A stretch of 64,000 nucleotides of DNA from Chrysomallon squamiferum. Lineage: Eukaryota; Animalia; Mollusca. This document shows positions 53,965 to 64,000 of this stretch, in pieces. Under the pieces are notes generated by a model. That model searched no databases. It was not told where the DNA came from and saw only the letters and a program-made list of their open reading frames with translations. The translations under genes and the position numbers were made by a program. The stretch covers positions 17,980,001 to 18,044,000 of the forward strand of contig CM022676.1 of NCBI GenBank assembly GCA_012295275.1, read 5' to 3'. Every line of letters starts with the position of its first letter. The stretch's first letter is position 1.

Positions 53965-55134
53965 ATGCCAGCAAGGTAGAATTGGTTTACTGTATTACTT
54001 GTAAATATTTAATTGTTTAAATCAAGTAATATATTATAAGAGAGTGATGGAAATTTCTTTTCAGTTTCCCTTCCTTTTTTTATTTACTAATTGTCATATT
54101 TCATTTATTTATTTACATTTTTTCTTTATTATATTTTGCTTCTTCTTATTACTACTGCAACTTTTTTATTATTAATTTGTTAATTTATTATTATTATTAT
54201 TGTTTTAATATTTATTATTATTTTTCATATTCTTCTTCATATCATTACTCATGTTTATTTATTTTTCATGTTGTTCAGGCCAAATTTGATCACTGGCAGA
54301 GATTTTCACAAAGTATATGGAGAAAATGTTCCAAATTAATTTAAAGAACCATTTTATGAAAAATCAGATGTGAGTGAAATATTTTATAATTTTTTTGATC
54401 TTTCAAGATTTGTTCTAATTATTAAAGTTATTATATGCATTGCTGTTTTGTTTTAATTATCTCTAGTTTCTTACTTTATATAAACCTTAGAATTATTTCA
54501 TCAAAAATAGAAAATTAAATTATCTGAAAATTGTCAATTAAGAGATTTGTGTTTCCTCTCATGACACTTTTTTCTATAGTACTGTTCAGCTAGTCATTAA
54601 TGGAATAAAATTAAAAATATATTATTGCATGACTCTTTGAAAACAAATTATCTCATTTCTTCATAACACATGTTTAAGACAAAATGAAAAATACAATGCT
54701 ATATTTATATGTTGTTAAATAACACACTAATTCCTTGTTTTTCTCATAACTTATTTAATCAATAATAGATGAAAATGTGTATAGTTAATTATTATTATTG
54801 TTGTTGAGTTATCGCTATTTTTACTATTATTATTACTATTATTACAACTAGTGCTACTACTATTACTACTACTACTACTACTACTACTTACTACTTACTA
54901 TTGTTGTTGTTCTGGTTATTATTGTTTTTTATTTTTTCATCATCATTATTATTATTATTATTGATATTATTGATATTATGATGATGATGATATGTTACTG
55001 TGTTGCAGGGTAATCTCTACTCAACAGTCTTGTGTCAAATGATGTGTAGTCTGTGTTAGAATGTTTTCAGAAATCTCTCAGCACAGACAAGGTATGTAAC
55101 TATGTTAGTTTATTAGTGTGTGTGTGAGAGAGAG

Positions 55135-55166
<32 letters not shown>

Positions 55167-55213
55167 ATGTTTGTATGTGTGTGTGTGAGAGAGATATATA
55201 TATATATATATGT

Positions 55214-55244
<31 letters not shown>

Positions 55245-57466
55245 TATATATACTGTTTGTATGTGTGAGATAAATATATATTGTGTGTGTATGTATGTAT
55301 GTGTGAGAGAGAGAGAGATATTGTGTCTGTGTGTGTATCTCTGTCTTGGTCAATTTCATACATAAATAAAAATTACTGAAATATCAACAAATGATAAGAA
55401 GCAGAGAAAATGCATTTTTCAACAAATGGAGATTGATAAAAATATCATGCTTTTAAATATTTTTTGTAGGTCACTGTAGTGTTATTCAGGTGCTGTCTAG
55501 AAAGTGAATTTACATCATGGAGAAGGATGAATCAGCTGTTACAGAAACCATTCTCATGTAGTCTGCACCATTCTCAGTTGTGAGTTTATTTTATTTTTTG
55601 TGTCTTAGAAAGTAAAATAAATTTTGTAACAATTCTTTATTTATTATAAAACAGCATAATAATAATCAGTGATCTGTCATTGTTTTGTAAATTATTTTTA
55701 TTATTATCAGTATAAGGATTATTTATAGCTGTTCATTTATTATCTGTGTTACTATTTTATTCATTGTCATTTTTTTCAGAATGCACATATTCCTCTAATT
55801 GATGTGCTGATGATGACATAAACCAGTGAAGTTGTTTCAGCAGAACATGCTATCCAATCCATGAGGTAAGCTGTAGTTTTTATTTATATTTATATTTTAT
55901 TGACATTTTTTGTTTGTTTATTAAATACAAAAATTAAATTTAAAAAAATAAGAAATTGAAAACCTCTTTTACTAAAATGAGATTATTTGGCTCTGTTAAA
56001 GTTTATTTATTTTATTCAGTTAGTTTTTTGGAAAGTATCACTTTATGATCAATTGTATTTCAGTTCAGAGGTCAATGACAATCTGTATTTAAAAGCTTTG
56101 ATCCTTCTACTTTGAATATTAAATGACTGATGAATTATGATGATGCATTTAAACATATGAATGTATGAGAGAGAGAGAGGGGGGGAAATGTACGGGTGCA
56201 TATTTTTGTATAATTTGTAATAAAATGTAATGAGACCTCAGTCTTTACAATCAGCATATTAGTGAGGTTTAGTATAGATGTAATCTGTTCACATATCTGA
56301 TTGCATACTGACTTACAGTATGAGACATGTCCATAACTCACTTTCAGTTTAGCTTCCATGTAAAGAGCAAAGCTTGTATTGTGTCAGGTGAAGGAAGGGA
56401 AGTAACTGCAGCTCTAGAACTTATAAACACTTTATTTGGATATATAATATATGCACATTTGGTTAAAACGTGTTCAGTATTTATGTTGCCTAGTTAACAA
56501 ACATTAAAGAAAATCATAAAAACAAGACTCACCCTTTATAATGTTTGAAAACATTGCTATACGTAAACACATACATATAGGCTTGTCCCATATGAAGAAA
56601 ATCAGTACCTGAAAGCTACGTCTGTGCTAAACCTTTCTATTGAATATGTAATTTTAAAACTTTCAGACAAATTGCAATTTTTTACACCTCCAGTGAACTT
56701 CCATCAGACAAAAAAAAATGAGGACACAGTTATTTTCTGGTTAAATAAAGAATGTACTGCTGCCATTGCAAAAGATAAAAAATCTGAGCAGGTGAATTTT
56801 TGTTTGTTTTCTTACATATTTCTCATTTTTCTAAACCTAATCAGCTAATGAAGTTTAATTTAATATATGAAGCTGCAGTTTGTTGATAATTTATCAGTAA
56901 GTACATGTATACATATACACAAATTACATTAGTATCCTGTAACACACCCTACACTTCATACCATGTACATTTGACTCATGTGTTTGTCTGCACACACACA
57001 CACACACACCATTACATTCATACCAATGTGATTATTTTGTTGTAAATGTTATTTCTATATTTAAAAAAAGAAGAAAAAAATGTAAGCTGCATATTTCATC
57101 AGTATTTTAAAATGTTTAACTTTCCTGTTACCAGACTGGAACTGCCAGCCCTTCACACAGAATCACTGTTCCTGTGATGACAGACATACTAAAAGATGTA
57201 GAAGACGGATGTACAGTTCCTGTTGTCTGAAGTTTCTATTGTTTCCAGTCTCTCAGTTTTCATGGTTTGTTTTAGAACAGTTTTTGCAAATAAAATGATA
57301 AATGAGATGGTAATTCAAAAATTTTGTATATATTAAGTTGCTGAAAGTTAATATCTGATTAAGAGAGGCATTGTCTTGGGGACTTTTTTTTAAATTTCAT
57401 AATCGACAAATCCATATTTTAGTATTAGATCTGTCTTTTCTTTTGCTTTTGAATATGATCTAAATT

Positions 57467-57533
<67 letters not shown>

Positions 57534-57692
57534 ATTATTAAATACTAATTGCTTTATTTATTATTTATTTATTTTTCAGATACATGTTAGGAAGATGGGT
57601 TAGGATTAGTTAATTCTTTATGTAATCTTCGCCTCATCAAAACATTCTGTGATCAGCATCTTACCATCAACTTTGTGTACTTCACCTACGAG

Positions 57693-58572
57693 GATCTTCT
57701 GTAAACATGAGATAGCATACAAGAAAACCTGTCAGCCTTTCTCACAGAGCTGATCTTCTGTAAACACGAGATAGCATACAAGAAAACCTGTCAGCCTTTC
57801 TCACAGAGCTGATCTTCTGTAAACACGAGATAGCATACAAGAAAACCTGTCAGCCTTTCTCACAGAGCTGATCTTCTGTAAACACAAGATAGTCTGAGCT
57901 GATCTTCTGTAAACACGAGATAGCATACAAAAAAACCTGTCAGCCTTTCTCACAGAGCTGATCTTCTGTAAACACGAGATAGCGTACAAGAAAACCTGTC
58001 AGCCTTTCTCACAGAGCTGATCTTCTGTAAACACGAGATAGCGTACAAGAAAACCTGTCAGCCTTTCTCACAAACAGCTGATCTTTTCTGTAAACTTCTG
58101 TAAACACGAGATAGCATACAAGAAAACCTGTCAGCCTTTTCTCACAGCCTTTCTCACAGAAGAAAACCTGTCAGCCTTTCTCACAGATAGCTGAAAACCT
58201 GTCAGCCTTTCTCACAGAGCTGATCTGTAAACACGAGATAGCGTACAAGAAAACCTGTCAGCCTTTCTCACAGAGCTGATCTTCTGTAAACACAAGATAG
58301 CGTACAAGAAAACCTGTCAGCCTTTCTCACAGAGCTGATCTTCTGTAAACACAAGATAGTGTACAAGAAAACCTGTCAGCCTTTCTCACAGAGCTGATCT
58401 TCTGTAAACACAAGATAGTGTACAAGAAAACCTGTCAGCCTTTCTCACAGAGCTGATCTTCTGTAAACATGAGATAGTGTACAAGAAAACCTGTCAGCCT
58501 TTCTCACAGAGCTGATCTTCTGTAAACATGAGATAGTGTACAAGAAAACCTGTCAGCCTTTCTCACAGAGCT
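57693..58572. repeat. 59-bp exonic minisatellite (paralogue of 26785-27520)
   Basis: Unit starts at 57693 and 57752; about 15 copies with a scrambled centre. Confidence 0.95.
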
Positions 58573-60044
58573 GTTCTTCTTGTTTGAAATGATAAAACTG
58601 ACAGACAGGACAGCTTCTGAATGGGCAGGAAACAGAAAGTAAGTTTTTAATTATGATTCAGAATTTTATTTAAACAAAATTGACTTTCCAAGTAATTATA
58701 TTATATCTTTTATTATTTCAGTTTATGAAATAGTTTATTGTACTGGAAAAAATAGGATTTGTAAAATTCAGTTTTAGTGTGTATACTTATGTAAATACTT
58801 TTTTTTATTTAAAATGGATGATTTCAGGCTTTAAAAGATCCTTGTATAATAGTCAGATACTAACATAGAAAGTTAATATTAAAGGAATATTTAAGTGAGT
58901 GCATCTCAGTTAAATTTTACAAATCTTACATCAGACAGTTTATATTGCAAGGTTTATTATTATTTTTACTAATTTCACTTCAGCATCTCACAGTGGCAAT
59001 GGGAGGTCAAGTGTCACAAAACACCAAGTAACCATTAGCAACACAACAAAACATAGCTTTCAGTTTCACAAAACTGAGTCAAGAGTCATGAGTACTCCAG
59101 AAGTAAACAAACCAAACTCTACACTGTAAGTATTCACTTAATTCATTTTGTTAAGTTTGTAGTGATGGATAGATTGGCTCAGTGGTTTGAGTGCATGGCC
59201 AAGGTTTGTTGGGTTCTAGGATCAGTCCTGTATGGAGGATTAATAAAGTTATTTACCAGAATAGCCTCTGATCCATGCTTGATATTGCTAAGATCATGGT
59301 ATGTGTTTTGTTTTCTGTTGAAAGCTGTATGTTAAAAAAAAATGTTTTGTTGGTTGTTTAAAAAGGGTGTTAGTTCATATTCCACAAACAGGTTTTTTTT
59401 TTCATTAGCTGTTTTGTTGTTTACCATTAAAGATACAAATAACTAGTAAAAAAACATGTTGAGTATGTTGTTAAAATATTTCTTCTTTAGCTTTTATATT
59501 TGTACTACTTTAGCGACATTTATATTTATCAAAAATCAGGTTAAAGTGAAGTATTTTTAAAAGATACTAAATTATTTAATTTAGAATTTACATTTATAGT
59601 TTGGCAAATCTATTAAGGCTATTTAAAAAAATATTTTTATTTATTCGTTAACTTAGTGTATTTATGTTTATCGGTATGTCTGTATTCATGCAAGCACAAT
59701 TGAAACCCAATAGCTGAAATATATTTTTGTCAACAAACATTCATTAGTATCAGTAAATTGTATTGATATACATATATAATAGTAAACAATGTTACTGGTA
59801 AAAAATAATAAAAAATTAAATTATCTTCACTTTTACTTTTTCAGGAACATAGCACAAAACAGACAAGTGTTGTTATCTAAACACACACAGACAGCAGAAC
59901 AGACAGAGAAGTTTCTAAAAAAACTGGTATGAAAAACACACATTAATTCAGTTGTTTAACTATCAATTTACATTCTTCTCAGTTTTTGTGTTGCGTGTAT
60001 TCTCAATACAGAGTAAGAAAAGCAGATTAGTACAAGGAATGTCT

Positions 60045-60658
60045 ACAATAATAAGTAAAGTAATTGTAGTGTACAAATATACTGATAACTTAGAATACAA
60101 TAATAAGTAAAGTAATTGTAGTGTACAAATATACTGATAACTTAGAATACAATAATAAGTAAAGTAATTGTAATGTGTAAAAATAAATAAAGTAATTGTG
60201 ATAAACTTAGAATACAATAATAAGTAAAGTAATTGTAGTGTACAAATATACTGATAACTTAGAACACAATAATAAGTAAAGTAATTGTAGTGTACAAATA
60301 TACTGATAACTTAGAACACAATAATAAGTAAAGTAATTGTAGTGTACAAATATACTGATAACTTAGAACACAATAATAAGTAAAATAATATAACTTAGAA
60401 CACAATAATAAGTAAAGTAATTGTAGTGTAAAATATAATATAACTTAGAACACAATAATAACTTAGAAAATATACAATAATAAGTAAAAGTAAAGTTTGT
60501 AGTGTACAAATATACTGATAACTTAGAATACAATAATAAGAAAATAAGTAAAGTAACTAATAAGTAAAGTAATTGTAGTGTACAAATATACTGATAACTT
60601 AGAATACAATAATAAGTAAAGTAATTGTAGTGTACAAATATACTGATAACTTAGAATA
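60045..60658. repeat. 52-bp minisatellite
   Basis: TAATTGTAGTGTACAAATATACTGATAACTTAGAATACAATAATAAGTAAAG (starts at 60061 and 60113), about 11 copies. Confidence 0.92.
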
Positions 60659-62480
60659 CTTCATTATTTCCATTCTTCCATCAGCATTGTTTTATTCTTA
60701 TTTCTGTATCCACAATCAATATATTTTCTTTATCTTATGATTTTTTCTTCTTCTTATATTTTTATTATTATTTTGTTTATTTATTATTCTTTTATCTGTA
60801 CATTTATTTTTCTATCATAACATCATTAATCCATAAAAAGCTCTAACAGACTGAGTATGCCAACATTTTACACTAATTTACTCAGTCTGTGAGGTTTATT
60901 TTTGCATTTCCCATATTTTGAGATTATATAGATAAATAAAAATAATACAAAATATTGGGTAAGTCAACCTGCTGATACAAACTTCTTAAAAGATTGTTAT
61001 ACTTTACTATTAGGAAATGCTGGTGACAGTAAACAAGTAATATACAAAATACACTAGGTATATTTATAGCACATATATTCATTAGTTCAAATTTTATTAG
61101 TAACCATTGATCAATTTTATCATCCATTATTTTAAAGCATGTTTATCATTTCTTCATTTTGTCATCCACATCTGTTTTCATCAACCTGTCATCTATATTC
61201 AACTTTTATTTTTCTTTAACTTAAACACATTCTCTTTTTTTCTGTTTCTTTTGTTTTAGCATTATTATCTTTATTATTGCTATTATTATCATGATCATTA
61301 TTATCATTATTATCATTATCATTATTAATTTTCTATCATTACATAAGATTCCACACAAGAAACTCTAACAGACTGAGTATGCCAGCACTTTACACTAATC
61401 TACTCAGTCTGTGAGGTCTACTTTTACATTTCTCATATTTTCTGATTATATAGATAAATTAAAATAAAAAATAAGTTAAAATGTCTTCATTTTAAATTTC
61501 TTCATCATCATCATCATTATTGTTGTCATCTAGATTTATAATATCAGTTATTGTAACAAGGCTGTAATATTGTAAACTATCTTCTCTGTTAAATTTTATT
61601 TTAAATATTTATTTCCAGGTTATGTTTTGGTGAAATTAGCCCACTCACTTGTTTATTAATTTTCTTATTTTAGAATCTCTGCTTATTATTATTGTCTAAA
61701 TCAAATTAAGCCATTGCTAAATGAAATGGACCAGAAAAACTGAAATCTGTTTTTCTTTGATCTTTAAGCTTTAGCAGGAATTATTTTTTCATTATATTTG
61801 ATTTTTTTTATTATTGTTTGTTTTTAAAAGACATACTTAGTTTTTTTAAGTGAATTATTTTTTTTTCAGGATTATTCCCACTCCTTTTAATCTACAGTAT
61901 TTTATTATTGTTTGTTATTACTGTTTATTTTTATTTTATTCAAATTACAACCTAAATTTTTAAGCTTTTATAAGAGAATTATTTTTCTGATCCTGTCTAG
62001 TTGATAGATAATTGTTATTTATTTTTGAAAGTTGTAGAAATATCTGGGAGGGGGAAGTTGGAGAGTTAAATCTAACAAATTGGTGTGAGTGTGTAAACTT
62101 TTATTCATTAATCATTATTTTAGTTTTATATTGTTGTTATTACCAAAAAACAACATGAGCTTTAGTTAGTTTTGAATTTTATATATAATGTAATTATATT
62201 AATTTTTTTTTTTTTTTTCTTTATATATTATTGCTATGTTAATACAATTTTATTTATCTGTTTATTGATTTATGCTATATTTATGGATATTTCTGTTTAT
62301 CTGTTTATTTATTTATTTGCTTGTTTGTTTGTTTGTTTATCTAGGAACTGGCTGAGTTTGATGTTAAACACTTTGTAATTCTGTTCTGTGACGGAGGATG
62401 TCAGTACAAAGCTCTGTTTTCTTTCACACCAGAAACTGAAGAATTATCTAAATTTGTTGTGTAGGACCTAAAGAAGTAAC

Positions 62481-62920
62481 CAATAAAATGATTCATAGGT
62501 TTTATAAGTAAGTACATATTTAATATTTTATAAATAGTTTGGTTATTTCTACATATTTTTATATCAATAAAATGATTCATAGGTTTTATAAGTAAGTACA
62601 TATTTAATATTTTATAAATAGTTTGGTTATTTCTACATATTTTTATATCAATAAAATGATTCATAGGTTTTATAAGTAAGTACATATTTAATATTTTATA
62701 AATAGTTTGGTTATTTCTACATATTTTTATATCAATAAAATGATTCATAGGTTTTATAAGTATTTAATACATATTTTTGGTTATTTCTACATATTTTTAT
62801 ATCAATAAAATGATTCATAGGTTTTATAAGTAAGTACATATTTAATATTTTATAAATAGTTTTGGTTATTTCTACATATTTTTATATCAATAAAATGATT
62901 CATAGGTTTTATAAGTAAGC
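62481..62920. repeat. 84-bp minisatellite spanning the 3' end and donor site of the CKK exon
   Basis: CAATAAAATGATTCATAGGTTTTATAAGTAAGTAC... at 62481, 62565 and onward, about 5 copies. It accounts for the 28-aa repeat ORF 62401..62748. Confidence 0.92.
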
Positions 62921-64000
62921 ATGTATTTAATATATTTTATCTGTCACACTAAATATTACCAAAAATACAGTCTTGATAAGAAAGTGTGTTTTTATATTAT
63001 TTTAAATCTGTCTTTATAAATTTGTACATTCATCAACATGCAGCTCATTAATATAATGTAAAATAAATGTTTTTGCAAATTATGTTTTTACTGGTTATTA
63101 TTATTATTTTTTTTTAATATAAAATGAAAACATTTTTGGTAAAGATCAATACTGACCAAGTGAAATGTAGGTGTTTTTGACAAGATTTAAATAGTTGTGC
63201 ATGTCAGTGAAAAAAAGGGTATAGCCTATAACAAGACATTAATCAATATACTTTAGTGGACAACAGTGAATATAAAAAATGTATCACTATATAATTTCCT
63301 ATACTTTCAATTCAATTTCTTTTCTTATTTTCTTTTTTCTTTTGTTTTGTTTTTTTTTTTTTTTTTTAGTTTATTAATCACCTAACTGAAATGAACTCTT
63401 AAAATTAAAACATTTCAAAAAGAATTTAAGATTGTTTCTGTGTTACGGAATTATTTAATACTAATGAGTTATTGTTTTATTTATTAATTGTCATGTAATA
63501 AATTAATTAATATTATTTTATTTTTCTGACAGATATAATTATGTGGCTAAAAGTTTCACTCAAGTGACATCAACAAAACATTTATCTGTGTCCATTGATG
63601 CTGTTATTATTAACAATTCTCTCTGGAAGACTGGGAAACCACAGCAACATCAAAGAAAGTGTGTTAGGAAGACGTAGATCTCACAACACACATCACCATC
63701 ATCCTGATGTCATCAGCTGCAAGAGTTGACATTTTACATCGTTGTCTTGGTTACAATTCTAAATGACAAATGTTTCACAATGCTTTGTTTCAATTCAGGT
63801 TTAATCTGCATTTTTAAACATACTTTAAATTCAAGCATGCTGATTTTAAATATGATAATGAAATATGTTAATTTATTTAAATTCTTGTATATATCAAGAA
63901 ATGATCAGCTTAAAATAATTAATCATTTTCAGAGCACTCAGATCTTTAATTCAGAGGATGTGAAATGAAATCTACGATGAGCCCATGATATTTCAAATCC

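Larger units (their letters stand above)
52546..62510 (+). repeat. Inverted copy of block B
   Basis: Reverse complement of 23197-32448. Confidence 0.97.
54279..63677 (+). pseudogene. CAMSAP: Patronin/CAMSAP (microtubule minus-end binding protein) unprocessed pseudogene: N-terminal/CH region and CKK domain, most of the central region missing
   Basis: AG/GT-bounded exons in CAMSAP order: 54279-54369 KVYGENVPN*FKEPFYEK; 55009-55091; 55470-55579 GHCSVIQVLSRK*IYIME..VTETIL; 55780-55865 NAHIPLIDVLMMT*TSEVVS; 56667-56791 EDTVIFWLNK; 57135-57264 VPVMTDILKDVEDGC...FYC; 57580-58638 NSLCNLRLIKTFC..FTYEDLL..AFLTELFFLFE; 58984-59125 ISNTTKHSF; 62345-62507 HFVILFCDGGCQYKAL..PETEE..GPK; 63533-63677 YNYVAKSFTQVTSTKHLSVSIDAVIINNSLW. 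Many stops and frameshifts. Confidence 0.92.

Noticed and set aside
63690-63860. Cys-containing ORF 63726 as a KRBA2/CXC-like domain
   Set aside because: Cys spacing is incomplete and it lies just after the Patronin stop codon, so it is more simply 3' UTR.

Overview
AT-rich, microsatellite-dense animal genomic DNA. The TRIM architecture and SINE type suggest a mollusc (inference). Two 200-N scaffold gaps lie at 32449-32648 and 51043-51242. Almost the whole window is built from copies of one ~31-kb mosaic unit, B-M-A. B is a transposon-type SWIM-finger exon joined to an intron-containing Patronin/CAMSAP pseudogene. M is an intron-containing methionyl-tRNA synthetase (MARS1) pseudogene facing away from B across a CpG/GC-box promoter. 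A holds unidentified exon remnants, a MULE transposase fragment and a RING/coiled-coil/beta-propeller TRIM-like gene. The + strand has a head-to-tail tandem (end of B, M, A, then B again; period ~30.9 kb). The right half has an inverted copy (B, start of M, gap, A) followed by a unique segment with collagen and Gypsy-integrase fragments. The only apparently intact protein-coding gene is the TRIM-like gene at 19808-21962; its inverted copy has three 1-bp indels. Protein identifications come from manual translation and recalled homologue sequences, and identities are by-eye estimates. No database search was run.
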